The position numbers and the translations under genes were made by a program. A DNA stretch of 64,000 nucleotides from positions 260,362 to 324,361 of the forward strand of contig JBAPPL010000028.1 in NCBI GenBank assembly GCA_049280095.1. The letters run 5' to 3'. This DNA is from Candidatus Sulfotelmatobacter sp. Lineage in GTDB: Bacteria > Acidobacteriota > Terriglobia > Terriglobales > Acidobacteriaceae. Below the pieces are notes generated by a model, which saw only the letters and a program-made list of their open reading frames with translations, ran no database searches and had not been told where the DNA came from. This document shows, one piece after another, positions 27,426 to 37,855 of this stretch. Numbering within the stretch: position 1 is the stretch's first letter; each line of letters begins with the position of its first letter.

Positions 27426-30400
27426 ATGAAGTCCGGCCCCTTTCGTCTTCTGGTCCTATTCGCCGCTATAACCAGCGGCCTCGGGTTCGCCCAAACCCAG
27501 CCAGCGCCTCTCGCTACGCAACGGATTGAGGACCGTGTCCGCGTCACGCTCCGGGGCAATGTGCATCCGCTCGCCCAATCTCGCTACGACCGGGGCGCGG
27601 TGTCCGATTCCTTTCCCGCCGAGCGCATGTTTCTCCTGCTCCAGCGTTCCCCGGAACAAGAGAGCGCGCTCCGCGAGTTCATTCTCAATGCCCACAGTAC
27701 GGGCAATCCCGCCTATCACAAGTGGCTCAGACCGGAGCAGTTCGCTGCGTACGGTCCGGCTGACTCCGATATTGCGGCCACAACGGCCTGGCTGCAGTCG
27801 CATGGTTTCGCCGTCGCCCGCATCACTAGAGGAAAAACCGCCATCGAATTTTCCGGCAACGCTGGGCAAATCCGCGCCGCCTTCAACACTGAAATCCACA
27901 CCTACCTTGTGAATGGTGAAGAGCATCATGCCAATAACCGCGATCCGCAAATCCCTACCGCGCTTGCGCCCGTTGTGGCCGGCATCACTCCACTCAACGA
28001 TTTCCGTCCAAAGTCTTACATGCGGGTTTTGGGGCAAGCTTTATACGATCCGAAGACGCACATACTAAAGCCAGAATGGACCCTCTCAGGCAATCCTCCG
28101 GTCCTGGCTCTTGCTCCGGGCGACTTCGCCGTGCAGTACGATCTCAATCCTCTTTACAATGCCGGCATTAACGGCAGCGGCGTCACGATCGGAATCATCG
28201 GCGCGGCGGACGTAGATCCAACGACCATTGCGAACTACCGCACGCTTTTCGGACTGCCTCCGGTCAACCTCAGCGTCATCATCGACAGCAGCGATCCCAC
28301 ACCCGGCGAAGGCAATTGGGCCACTGGCGAGTCCTATCTCGATGTCGAGGAGGCCGGCGCAGTCGCGCCCGGCGCCAGCATCAACCTATACACTGCGGCC
28401 GACACCTCGGTGCAGAGCGGACTGCTGCTGGCCGCCCAGCGCGCCGTTGACGACGATCAGGCTCCCGTCCTCAGCACGAGCTACGGCACCTGCGAACAAG
28501 ATCTCGGTTCCGCTGGCAATCAGTTCTGGGCAACGCTATGGGAGCAGGCGGCAGCGCAAGGACAGACATCTTTCGTATCGGCTGGCGATGGCGGCTCGGC
28601 GGGTTGCGATGATTTCGGCGAAGCGCAGCCGGCGCAGTACGGGCTCGCGGTCAGTGGTTTCTCTTCTACTCCGTGGAACATATCGGTCGGCGGCACCGAT
28701 TTTTATTACAGCACTTACAGCGGAAGCTCAAGCGCGCAACTCGCCCAGATCGGAACCTACTGGGACCTGAACTCGACCAATGCGCCTGCCGTCTCGCTGC
28801 TTCAGCCGGTGCCCGAACAGCCTTGGAATCAGGCTTTCGGTCTGAATCTGTACGACGGCGGAGTCTACGATCCCACCACCAATGGGCCGACGATCGTTGC
28901 CGGAGGCGGGGGCGCCAGTACTCTCTACACCAAACCGGCATGGCAGAGCGGGAAGGGTGTGACCGCAGATGGCCAGCGCGATCTGCCCGACGTGTCCCTC
29001 TTCGCTTCAGCGGGCGGGAATGACAGCTTTTATCTGGTCTGCGGGGGAACCGACGCTTGCTTTCAGGACGGCTTGGGCTACTACGGACTCGACGCCGTCG
29101 GCGGGACTTCAGCTTCGTCTCCAGCCATGGCTGGCATCATGGCTCTGATCAATCAGAAGTACGGTCCTCAGGGACAGGCCAATTTCATTCTCTATCTGTT
29201 GGCCGTTCAGCATCCGTCGGTTTTTCACGACATCGCGATCAGCAGCAACAATGTGCCTTGCGGCGAGGGCACGCCCGACTGCACTCTAAGCACGCTGACT
29301 GACAATACCAACGGCTTCGACACTCTCGGAAAGTATTACGCGATCCCCGGCTACGATCGGGCTTCCGGCCTCGGCAGCGTGGATGCCAACCTGCTCGTTC
29401 AGTACTGGAATTCGCTGCGCTTCACGTCGACAACGACCGCTCTAACTCTGAGTCAAACCACCTTTACCCACGGCACTCCCGTCAAGCTGAATGTCGCCGT
29501 TGGTGGAGCGGGTGGAACGCCTTCCGGCGATGCCGGCCTGGTGACGACTGCGACGCCCGCCAGCAACACCAGCATGGGCGAACTCACGCTTAAGAGTGGC
29601 GCAGCGTCAGAAACCATCGACAATCTCCCAGGAGGAACGTATCAAATCGTCGCAAAGTACACCGGAGATACTACTTTTGCGCCCAGCAACTCGAACCCGG
29701 TTACTCTCGATGTTGCTCCCGAGGCCGGCACGATTACGCTGTCTGGGGTTTCCTGGAGTAACGCGAGCAACGCGTTCGTTCCGATCGCGAACGGCCACAA
29801 GTATCCCTACGGAACTTATTTCGCCATTGACGCGCAGCCGCGCGGCGTGAATGCTCCGCAAGGATCGTTGGACGGCCTGGCAACCGGGACGGTCACTTTC
29901 ACCGATTCGGCAGGCGGCACCACCGTGAATTCCGGGGCCATCAACATTACCCGCGAAGGCATTGCGGAATGGGTGCCTTTGCTTACGCTTCCGGTGGGCG
30001 CAAACAGTATCAGTGCCAGTTACCCGGGTGATCCCAGCTTCAACGCGTCCTCCAGCACGACGCCAGTCACATTCACGATTACGAAAGCGACGCCCTACAC
30101 CTTCCTGGATGCATACCCTTCGACCGTGGCTCTCGGTTCGTCAACATCACTGATTTTCCAAGTAGGCGCGGGCTACGATAGCCCCGAGCCCGCTCCTCCC
30201 TACTCCACGTTCAATTCTTCCTCTCCGATATCTCCGACTGGTACCGTCACCTACTCATTCGGGACTACCGTGCTGGGAACGGTGCCCATAGCTGCGGGCT
30301 ACGGAGGTCTATACGGATCGCAGGCGACCCTTAACGTAAACACCCTGCCGCTGGGCACCGATACCGTAACCGCGAAGTACAGCGGGGATGGAAACTATAA

Positions 30401-31310
30401 TCCCGCCTCCGCCCCCTTCAAAGTAGCTGTCGAGCAAGCCCCCGGCCTTTCTGGAATCGCCAACCCAGGCTCGATCAATCAGGCGGAGTACACGGCGATC
30501 ACTGCCACCGTCACAGGTCTGAGCGGGATGCCCGTACCGACTGGTACTGTCAGCTTTGCCGCACCCGCCGGTTCCGTCAATTACTGGAACGACACCGAGA
30601 CGCTCAATAACGGGTCGGCGACTTCCCGTCCGCTCCCCGGCGAGGACTTCCTCGGCAATGTGATGGCTAGCGTCTCTTACTCCGGAGACAGCACCTACGG
30701 TCCGGCTAACATTGACGTCTCTTTTACGGTCACACAGGGTACCGTTTCGCCGTTCACTCTGAGTGGGACGCCGGTGACCATCGCAACGGCCGGAGCCACC
30801 GCCAACAACACTTCTACGGTTACGACCACACCGGCTGGGGGATTCACGGGCACAGTCTATCTCTCTTGCACTCTCATCTCTTCGCCGAGTGGGGCCGAGC
30901 GTCCTCCAACCTGCAGCATTCCCGCTTCCGTGAATGTAACCGGAACAAGTGCGGTCATGGCAACGATGACCGTTAACTCAACCGCTCCCAGTACTATTGC
31001 CGCGTTGATCGCACCGTTCCCAAGAGGGATGAGGTGGTTTCTTGCCAGCACGGGAAGCTTCGCAGGCGCGATTTTGCTGATCGGAATTCCACGCCGCCGG
31101 TGTCTGCGCCGCGCCGCTGCTTCTCTGACCATTCTGATCACGCTCGGAATCTTGCTAGCGTGTGGCGGGAGTCCCGCTAACAGTGGCGGCGGTGGCACGA
31201 CAACGATTCCCGGCACCACAGCGGGCGCTTATACCTTTACCGTGAATGGAGCATTGACGGCAAACGGCGTGAGTCAGGTGCAGACCATGGTGAGCGTCAC
31301 AATCCAGTAA
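27426..31310 (+). CDS. S53 (sedolisin/kumamolisin-like) serine peptidase with multiple Ig-like domains and an unusual C-terminus
   Basis: Signal peptide [23 protein letters not shown]. Pro-kumamolisin activation-domain pattern (RGNVHPLA...WLQSHGF). [17 protein letters not shown] serine motif. About 700 aa of Ig-like repeats. Confidence 0.8.
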   Translation: MKSGPFRLLVLFAAITSGLGFAQTQPAPLATQRIEDRVRVTLRGNVHPLAQSRYDRGAVSDSFPAERMFLLLQRSPEQESALREFILNAHSTGNPAYHKWLRPEQFAAYGPADSDIAATTAWLQSHGFAVARITRGKTAIEFSGNAGQIRAAFNTEIHTYLVNGEEHHANNRDPQIPTALAPVVAGITPLNDFRPKSYMRVLGQALYDPKTHILKPEWTLSGNPPVLALAPGDFAVQYDLNPLYNAGINGSGVTIGIIGAADVDPTTIANYRTLFGLPPVNLSVIIDSSDPTPGEGNWATGESYLDVEEAGAVAPGASINLYTAADTSVQSGLLLAAQRAVDDDQAPVLSTSYGTCEQDLGSAGNQFWATLWEQAAAQGQTSFVSAGDGGSAGCDDFGEAQPAQYGLAVSGFSSTPWNISVGGTDFYYSTYSGSSSAQLAQIGTYWDLNSTNAPAVSLLQPVPEQPWNQAFGLNLYDGGVYDPTTNGPTIVAGGGGASTLYTKPAWQSGKGVTADGQRDLPDVSLFASAGGNDSFYLVCGGTDACFQDGLGYYGLDAVGGTSASSPAMAGIMALINQKYGPQGQANFILYLLAVQHPSVFHDIAISSNNVPCGEGTPDCTLSTLTDNTNGFDTLGKYYAIPGYDRASGLGSVDANLLVQYWNSLRFTSTTTALTLSQTTFTHGTPVKLNVAVGGAGGTPSGDAGLVTTATPASNTSMGELTLKSGAASETIDNLPGGTYQIVAKYTGDTTFAPSNSNPVTLDVAPEAGTITLSGVSWSNASNAFVPIANGHKYPYGTYFAIDAQPRGVNAPQGSLDGLATGTVTFTDSAGGTTVNSGAINITREGIAEWVPLLTLPVGANSISASYPGDPSFNASSSTTPVTFTITKATPYTFLDAYPSTVALGSSTSLIFQVGAGYDSPEPAPPYSTFNSSSPISPTGTVTYSFGTTVLGTVPIAAGYGGLYGSQATLNVNTLPLGTDTVTAKYSGDGNYNPASAPFKVAVEQAPGLSGIANPGSINQAEYTAITATVTGLSGMPVPTGTVSFAAPAGSVNYWNDTETLNNGSATSRPLPGEDFLGNVMASVSYSGDSTYGPANIDVSFTVTQGTVSPFTLSGTPVTIATAGATANNTSTVTTTPAGGFTGTVYLSCTLISSPSGAERPPTCSIPASVNVTGTSAVMATMTVNSTAPSTIAALIAPFPRGMRWFLASTGSFAGAILLIGIPRRRCLRRAAASLTILITLGILLACGGSPANSGGGGTTTIPGTTAGAYTFTVNGALTANGVSQVQTMVSVTIQ

Positions 31311-31399
31311 TTCGCGGGTAAGACTGGGGTCTTCATCCGGTCGTTGAAGATCACAGCTCTATTTCTTCGGGCGACATCTTCTGATACGCTGCTACACCT

Positions 31400-33151
31400 A
31401 TGCGCTTCCACCAAGCCATTTTCCTCATCGTCGCCGTGACCGGGTCCGTGTTTGCCCAAAACCCCAAACCCGTTGCCGACCGCCTCGCCGCCCAGAACGC
31501 GCTTTTCGAAGAGTCCTATCAGACCGATCTCCGCAACTTTCCTGAGCGCGCCACCGCCTACGGCGACTACCGCTACAACGACAAGCTCGCCGAGTACTCA
31601 CTCGACGCCATTCTCCAGCGCCACCACACCGACGAGACCTTCCTTGCCGGGATTGAAGCCATCCCAAGCACAGGCTTCTCCGATCAGGACCAACTCTCCC
31701 ACGACCTGCTGGTTCGCGTGCTGCGGCAGCGCATCGACGACTTCGACCTCAAAGAGTACGAGATGCCGATCAATCAGCAGAATGGCATCCATACCAGCCT
31801 TGCGGACCTGCCGCTGTCCATGCCCTTCGACTCCGTCAAGCACTACGAGGACTACATCGCGCGGCTTCGCCAGATTCCCCGCGTCCTCACCCAGACCACT
31901 GAAGTACTTCGCGCCGGTATGAAGGACAAGCTCATGCCCGTACGATTTATCGCCGAGAAGCTTCCTGTGCAGTGCCAGGGAATCATCGACGCTGACCCAT
32001 TTCTGCTCCCGACGAAGAAGTATCCGGCTGACATTTCGCCCGAAGACCAGAAGCGCCTGACCCGGCAGATAATCGAGGCCATCAATGCCGATGTCATTCC
32101 TGCCTATAAGACGTTCGCCACGTTTCTGAGCACGGAATATGCTCCCGAAGGCCGCACCACCCTTTCCATCACTTCTCTGCCAGACGGCGAGAAGCGCTAC
32201 GAAAACGACATCTACGCCCGCACCACCACCCACATGAAGCCGGATGAGATCCATCAACTCGGCCTGCGCGAGATCGATCGCATCCAGGCCGAGATGACCG
32301 CGATCGCCAAAAAGGAAGGTTTCGCCGACCTTGCGTCTTTCCGCGCCTCCATCAAAACCAATCCCAAATACATTCCTACCTCCGCCGATCAGATCCTCGA
32401 TGATTTCCGCCACTACATCGCCCAGATGGAGCCAAAACTTCCGGAGCTTTTCACGCTCCTCCCGAAGTCGCCGGTCACTGTTGAAGCCATACCGCCCTTT
32501 CAGTCCGCCGCGGCAACCCATTACGTCACCGGAACGCCGGATGGCAAGCGCCCCGGCCGCGTCGTGGTCGCAACCTCCAACTTCGCCGAGCGCTCAATGG
32601 TTGATGATGAGGCCGTCGCCTACCACGAAGGCGTTCCCGGACATCACATGCAGCTGTCGGTCCAGCAGCAGCTCACCGGATTGCCCAAGTTCCGCCTGCA
32701 TGGTCTTGGCTTTAACGCCTACATCGAAGGCTGGGCGCTATACGCCGAAGAACTCGGCAAAGAGGTTGGTTTCTATCAGGATCCCGTCTCGGATTACGGC
32801 CGGCTTTCCTCCGAACTCTTCCGCGCGGTGCGTCTGGTGGTCGACACCGGAATTCACTCGAAGGGATGGACCCGCGATCAAGTCGTCGAGTTCATGCGCA
32901 AGTCCGGCGCGGTCGACGAGCCGACCATCCAGTCCGAAACCGACCGCTACATCGCGTGGCCGGCACAAGCCCTCAGTTACAAGCTCGGCCAGCTTAAGAT
33001 CCGTGAACTCCGCGAACGAGCCAGGAAAGAATTGGGATCGAAGTTTGACATCCGCAAATTCCACGACGAGATGCTCGATGGCGGAACCTTGCCGCTCGAT
33101 CTTCTCGAGGCCCGCACCGACAAATGGATTGCAGAGCAGAAAGAAAAGTGA
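31400..33151 (+). CDS. DUF885-family protein (secreted, metallopeptidase-like)
   Basis: Signal peptide. HEGVPGHHMQ and YIAWPAQALSYKLG motifs. Confidence 0.8.
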   Translation: MRFHQAIFLIVAVTGSVFAQNPKPVADRLAAQNALFEESYQTDLRNFPERATAYGDYRYNDKLAEYSLDAILQRHHTDETFLAGIEAIPSTGFSDQDQLSHDLLVRVLRQRIDDFDLKEYEMPINQQNGIHTSLADLPLSMPFDSVKHYEDYIARLRQIPRVLTQTTEVLRAGMKDKLMPVRFIAEKLPVQCQGIIDADPFLLPTKKYPADISPEDQKRLTRQIIEAINADVIPAYKTFATFLSTEYAPEGRTTLSITSLPDGEKRYENDIYARTTTHMKPDEIHQLGLREIDRIQAEMTAIAKKEGFADLASFRASIKTNPKYIPTSADQILDDFRHYIAQMEPKLPELFTLLPKSPVTVEAIPPFQSAAATHYVTGTPDGKRPGRVVVATSNFAERSMVDDEAVAYHEGVPGHHMQLSVQQQLTGLPKFRLHGLGFNAYIEGWALYAEELGKEVGFYQDPVSDYGRLSSELFRAVRLVVDTGIHSKGWTRDQVVEFMRKSGAVDEPTIQSETDRYIAWPAQALSYKLGQLKIRELRERARKELGSKFDIRKFHDEMLDGGTLPLDLLEARTDKWIAEQKEK

Positions 33152-33238
33152 CGGCAGGTTAGCGAGGAGGGCGGCTTTCAAGCTGTCGGGCGCAATGCAA
33201 ATGGATTGCGCTGCGAAAGCGGTCCTCTGGAGATACCG

Positions 33239-34588
33239 CTACTGGAGCCGGTCCATAAGCCCCGGCAGCGTCTTCATCAGATCGTTGTAGATGACCATGA
33301 CGGCGAAAAGCACGAGGAAAACGAATGCCGCCTGGTAGACGCGTTCTTTGATGCGCAGGCTGACGTCGCGCCGCATAAGCCCTTCGATAAAGAGGAACAA
33401 GATCACGCCGCCGTCCATAATCGGGATCGGCAGTAAGTTGAAGATGCCGAGGTTGAGGCTGATCCCGGCGGTCAACTCCATCAGCGGCGTCCAGCCCTTT
33501 TGTTGCGCCGCGTAGCCCGCATCCTGCGCGATACCGATCGGCCCAGAGACTGCTTTGAGCGATACTTTCCCCTGCACAATCTTTTTGGCCAGCTCCAAAA
33601 TGAGCAACGAGTATTTCTTGTTCTGCTCCAGTGAACGACTCAACGCCTGGCCGAACGGCAGCGTCGTGACCTTGGTCTCGCTTCTGGCTACGAATCCCAG
33701 GCGATATCTCTGCTCCTTTGGATCTTCCGTTTTCCCCAGCACCGGCTTCAGGCCCACAAGGTTCAGGGTCTGGCCGTCCCGCTTCACCGTAAGATCGACG
33801 GGAGTCTCCTTGGATTGCTGGAGGCGCTCGATCATGGCTTCGATGGAAACCAGCGGCTTGCCATCCAGGGCAACAATTCTGTCATCTTCCTTCAGCCCGC
33901 CCTTGGCAGCAGGTGAGTTGGGCTCGATCTGGCCGACGATGACCGGATCTTCCGGAAACCATCCCGCCGAACCCACTTCCGAAGTAGTCACCGGCTGCGG
34001 CACAATCGTCTTCTCGAAGGTCTGATCTCCCCGCTGAACCGTGACCGTCAGCGGCTGATTGGGACTAAGCCACACCCGCGGCTGCAGCTGTTCCCAGGTC
34101 GGATTCACAATGCCATCGACTTTCACGATGCGGTCACCGGGCTGTAATCCGGCGCGGTCGGCAGCTGAGTCGTGCTTCACTCCCTCGATGACCGCCGGCT
34201 TGTCCAGAAACACCGGATACTCGTAGTGCACCATGTAAACCGCGGTAAGCAGGAAGATGGCCAGCAGAATATTCATCGCGGGTCCGGCAATCGCAATCAA
34301 GAAGCGGTGCCAGCGCGGGTGAGACATGAACTCGCCCGGATCCCCGGTGCGCTCGTCCATCGGATTTTCGCCGCTCATCTTCACATAGCCGCCCAGCGGG
34401 ATGGCGTTGATGCGATAGTCGGTATCGCCTTTGCGGAAGCCGACCAGCCGCTTGCCGAATCCAATGGCGAACTGCTCCACCCGAACCCCGAGCAACTTGG
34501 CCACGGCATAGTGGCCGAACTCGTGGATCAGAATCATGAAGCCCAGAACCACAGCCACGGCAGCGATAGAGATAAGAATGTCAGACAT
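33239..34588 (-). CDS. rseP: RIP metalloprotease (site-2 protease, M50)
   Basis: HEFGHY, PDZ segments, FNLLPIPIMDGG. Confidence 0.9.
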   Translation of the reverse strand: MSDILISIAAVAVVLGFMILIHEFGHYAVAKLLGVRVEQFAIGFGKRLVGFRKGDTDYRINAIPLGGYVKMSGENPMDERTGDPGEFMSHPRWHRFLIAIAGPAMNILLAIFLLTAVYMVHYEYPVFLDKPAVIEGVKHDSAADRAGLQPGDRIVKVDGIVNPTWEQLQPRVWLSPNQPLTVTVQRGDQTFEKTIVPQPVTTSEVGSAGWFPEDPVIVGQIEPNSPAAKGGLKEDDRIVALDGKPLVSIEAMIERLQQSKETPVDLTVKRDGQTLNLVGLKPVLGKTEDPKEQRYRLGFVARSETKVTTLPFGQALSRSLEQNKKYSLLILELAKKIVQGKVSLKAVSGPIGIAQDAGYAAQQKGWTPLMELTAGISLNLGIFNLLPIPIMDGGVILFLFIEGLMRRDVSLRIKERVYQAAFVFLVLFAVMVIYNDLMKTLPGLMDRLQ

Positions 34589-34625
34589 AAAAGAAGTACG
34601 GAGCAGCCCCTTGTTAGATTATCTA

Positions 34626-35825
34626 CTAAACGACAGATGCCGGCCGCGAGTGCACGGTTCGCCGGCTTTTCTCCAAAACTCGCTGTTGAGCATATCGGCG
34701 GGCTTCTGCATCGGCTTCAAGCACCTTCGCAATCGACCCCAGCATCCCAGAATTAGATGCAGAAACCGCGGCTTCGATGATCCCGGGAATTTCATCAAAT
34801 GAAATGCTGCCCTCAAGAAACGCAGCGACCGCAACTTCATCGGCGGCGTTAAGCGCGACCGTCTTAGCCCCGCCCGCCTCCGCCGCCTCGTACGCTAAAC
34901 GGAGACAAGGAAATTTACTCATGTCAGGAGGGCAGAAGTCCAGATGACGCAAGTTACCGACCGGAAAGCGCAGCTCCGACTGAATCCGCTCGGGATATGT
35001 TAGCGCGTATAGAATCGGCAGCCGCATGTCGGTCACCGAAACCTGAGCCAGTATGCTGCCGTCAATGAACTCAACCATGGAATGGATCGTCGACTGCGGA
35101 TGGACCAGAACTTCCACCTTCGCCGGCGGCAGGTGAAACAATCGGCAGGCCTCAATCACTTCAAAGCCCTTGTTCATCAAGGTCGCTGAATCAATGGTGA
35201 TGCGCTTGCCCATCTTCCACGTGGGATGATTCAGCGCCTGCTCCACCGTGATCGAGCTGAATTCCGACCGCGGAGTATTCAGGAACGGCCCGCCGGAGGC
35301 CGTCAGCCAGATGCGTTCCACTTCCTCCATGCGCCCGCCCCGCAGGCATTGGTGAACCGCGTTATGCTCGCTGTCGATGGGCAGCAGCGGCTTGCCCTGG
35401 CGGCGCGCCTCCGCCGTGATCAACTCTCCCGCCGCGACCAGGCATTCTTTGTTGGCCACGCCGACAATCTTCCCCGCCTTCACCGCCTCGTAGGTGGCCT
35501 CCAGCCCAGCCACGCCCACAATCGCGCTCACCACGAAGTCGGCCTCAGGATGAGTTGCGACCTTCACCGCACCAGTCGCTCCCCAGACCACCTCGATTTC
35601 GCTAAGACCAGCTTGCTTCAGGCGCGCGCGCAGCGCATCGGCATCGGGCTCTGCCGCCATCGAAAGCACGCGGGGCCGCCAGCGCCGCGCCTGCTCAAAC
35701 GCTGCTTCCAGGTTTGCGCCCGCGGCCAGCGTGACGATCTGAAAGCGCTCCGGATAAGACTCAGTCACGCTGAGCGTGCTGCGGCCGATCGACCCAGTCG
35801 ATCCAAGGATGGCAATGCGTTTCAT
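34626..35825 (-). CDS. dxr: 1-deoxy-D-xylulose 5-phosphate reductoisomerase
   Basis: MKRIAILGSTGSIGRSTL..., LPIDSEHNA, HPTWKMG. Confidence 0.95.
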   Translation of the reverse strand: MKRIAILGSTGSIGRSTLSVTESYPERFQIVTLAAGANLEAAFEQARRWRPRVLSMAAEPDADALRARLKQAGLSEIEVVWGATGAVKVATHPEADFVVSAIVGVAGLEATYEAVKAGKIVGVANKECLVAAGELITAEARRQGKPLLPIDSEHNAVHQCLRGGRMEEVERIWLTASGGPFLNTPRSEFSSITVEQALNHPTWKMGKRITIDSATLMNKGFEVIEACRLFHLPPAKVEVLVHPQSTIHSMVEFIDGSILAQVSVTDMRLPILYALTYPERIQSELRFPVGNLRHLDFCPPDMSKFPCLRLAYEAAEAGGAKTVALNAADEVAVAAFLEGSISFDEIPGIIEAAVSASNSGMLGSIAKVLEADAEARRYAQQRVLEKSRRTVHSRPASVV

Positions 35826-35864
35826 GCTAAGTAAACTCGTAGGCCAGAATGCCTATTTTACGCG

Positions 35865-36773
35865 TTACCAGGGTCGAGTGGGCGGGAAGAGTGCCGCCAC
35901 GTAGAACCACAGTACCGGCGCGGCAAACAGCAGGGCATCGATGCGGTCGAGCATTCCGCCGTGCCCGGGAAGAATGGTGCCCGAATCCTTCACTCCGGCT
36001 CCGCGCTTGATCAGCGATTCCACCAGATCGCCCAGTTGCGCCGCCACGTTAAGCGCAACCGTCAGCAGAATAATTGGCCACAGCTCGGGCTTCTCCAGAC
36101 CGAACAGCCCGTCGCGCCGCCGGATCAGTCCACACGCCCACAGAATCTGACTGATAAGCAGCGCATGGTTAAAGAGCAGCGTCCCGACCAGCAGGCTTGC
36201 GGCGAGCGAAGCCGCCGCGCCCTCCCAGGTCTTTTTCGGGCTGATGCGCGGCGCCATCAAGTGCCGTCCCAGAGAGCGACCCACGAAGTAAGCGAAAACG
36301 TCGCCCGCCCAAACGATCAGTAAGAGATAGAGTATCCAGAACGCTCCCGCCCACTGCTGGCGAAGCTGCACCAGCATGGCCATGGGCAGGGCAATATAGG
36401 CAAAGGCAAACGCCGAAGCTGCCGCAGCCGGATACGCGCCGCTCATCTGCGCCCGCCGCATCGTGATGGTCAGAAACAGAAACGGAGCCAGCGCAGCGGC
36501 AAATCCCAACCCAAGGACGAATTTCAGCACCGAGACTTGCGGCGTCTCGCCGATCGCAGTCGCCGCCAACAGGAGAAAAAACAACCCCACGAAGATGTAT
36601 GTAGGCAGGCGCAACGGCAGCACGCCATAAGATTCGGTCAGTTTGAGAAATTCCTGGACAGTGATCAGCGCGACAGCCGCGGCCACCACAGCCAGCACCG
36701 GTGCCGGGGCGCGCAGCACCAGCAACAGAACAATGGGAATCAGAACGACCGCGGTCGCGATGCGCTTTAGCAT
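35865..36773 (-). CDS. cdsA: phosphatidate cytidylyltransferase
   Basis: SLIKRGAGVKDSGTILPGHGGMLDRIDALLF signature. Multi-TM protein. Confidence 0.9.
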   Translation of the reverse strand: MLKRIATAVVLIPIVLLLVLRAPAPVLAVVAAAVALITVQEFLKLTESYGVLPLRLPTYIFVGLFFLLLAATAIGETPQVSVLKFVLGLGFAAALAPFLFLTITMRRAQMSGAYPAAAASAFAFAYIALPMAMLVQLRQQWAGAFWILYLLLIVWAGDVFAYFVGRSLGRHLMAPRISPKKTWEGAAASLAASLLVGTLLFNHALLISQILWACGLIRRRDGLFGLEKPELWPIILLTVALNVAAQLGDLVESLIKRGAGVKDSGTILPGHGGMLDRIDALLFAAPVLWFYVAALFPPTRPW

Positions 36774-36782
36774 GCTGGCAGG

Positions 36783-37595
36783 TTATTTGGTGATCTTCGC
36801 CGCTTCGGCATGCGCGTCCCCGTGATTCAGTCCGCCGTAGCGCCGCTCCCGCTTCTGATACTCGGCGATCGCTTCGAGCAGATGCACACCGCGGAAATCC
36901 GGCCACAAAGTTGGCGTCACATAGATCTCGGCATAGGCCAACTGCCAAAGCAAGAAGTTGCTCAGCCGCATCTCGCCTGAGGTGCGCACAACCAGATCCG
37001 GGTCGGGCAAATGACGCGTATAGAGATGACGGCCCACCGTGTCTTCGTCAATTCGTAAATGTTCGATCCCGCCGTTCTGCGAAGCGGCGTGCACCATGGA
37101 GCGGAACGCGTCCACCATTTCACTGCGCGCGCTGTAGTTTAGCGCCAGCGTAAGCACCGTGCCTGTGTTGGTCGAGGTACTCTGGCGCGCCCATTCCATG
37201 CGCTCCTGCACATCTTCCGGCAGTTGCTGCTGCCGGCCGATATATTCCAGCCGGATATTGTTCTCGTTCAGCGTAGGCACTTCCGCCTTCAGATAGCGGC
37301 TCAGCAGGCCCATCAGAAAATCGACTTCGCTCTTGGGACGCTTCTTCCAGTTCTCTTCCGAGAAAGCATAAAGCGTCAGCGCATGAATGCCGACGCGCGC
37401 CGCCGTCTCCACCGTCGAGCGCACTGCGGCAACTCCGGCGCGGTGCCCGGCCACGCGCGGCATGTGGCGCCGCTTCGCCCAGCGCCCGTTGCCGTCCATG
37501 ATAATTGCGATGTGTTTCGGGAGCCGCCCTGGATCAAGATGCCGGTAGACTTCAGCTTCCTTGCGATCCAGCCCGGCGGGAACTTTGGCCTGCAA
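36783..37595 (-). CDS. uppS: isoprenyl transferase (undecaprenyl diphosphate synthase)
   Basis: HIAIIMDGNGRWA..., RTSGEMRLSNFLLWQLAYAE. TTG 37595 after AAGGGG is preferred, because the longer ORF (to 37799) runs through REP hairpins. Confidence 0.85.
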   Translation of the reverse strand: MQAKVPAGLDRKEAEVYRHLDPGRLPKHIAIIMDGNGRWAKRRHMPRVAGHRAGVAAVRSTVETAARVGIHALTLYAFSEENWKKRPKSEVDFLMGLLSRYLKAEVPTLNENNIRLEYIGRQQQLPEDVQERMEWARQSTSTNTGTVLTLALNYSARSEMVDAFRSMVHAASQNGGIEHLRIDEDTVGRHLYTRHLPDPDLVVRTSGEMRLSNFLLWQLAYAEIYVTPTLWPDFRGVHLLEAIAEYQKRERRYGGLNHGDAHAEAAKITK

Positions 37596-37699
37596 AGTGA
37601 TCCCCTTCGGATTGAAGCTAACACAGCCGGAAAGAGGGTTGCAATGACGGGAAAGGCACGCCGGCACGGGCGCGATCGAAGGAGTACGGGATCGGGAAG

Positions 37700-37845
37700 G
37701 GCACGGTTTTGAGCCGTGCCAACGGAGCAGAGTTTTAAAAGGGCGCGGCTTTAAGCCGCGCCGCAAAAGCCCATTAAAAATCAACGCGGCTTTAGCCACT
37801 GAGAGGTGTTAGCGGGTGTCGGCAGTCGCGGGCGAGGGCGCCCGC
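37700..37845. repeat. cluster of GC hairpins (REP-B and REP-D)
   Basis: GGCACGG-N7-CCGTGCC (37700-37720), GGCGCGGC-TTTAA-GCCGCGCC (37742-37762) and GCGGGCG-AGGG-CGCCCGC (37828-37845). Confidence 0.7.
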
Positions 37846-37855
37846 GCCACACATG

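Noticed and set aside
33190-33211. Hairpin GCGCAAT-N8-ATTGCGC between the convergent DUF885 and rseP genes, considered as a bidirectional terminator.
   Set aside because: The stem is only 7 bp and there is no U tract on either strand. That is too weak to call as a feature.
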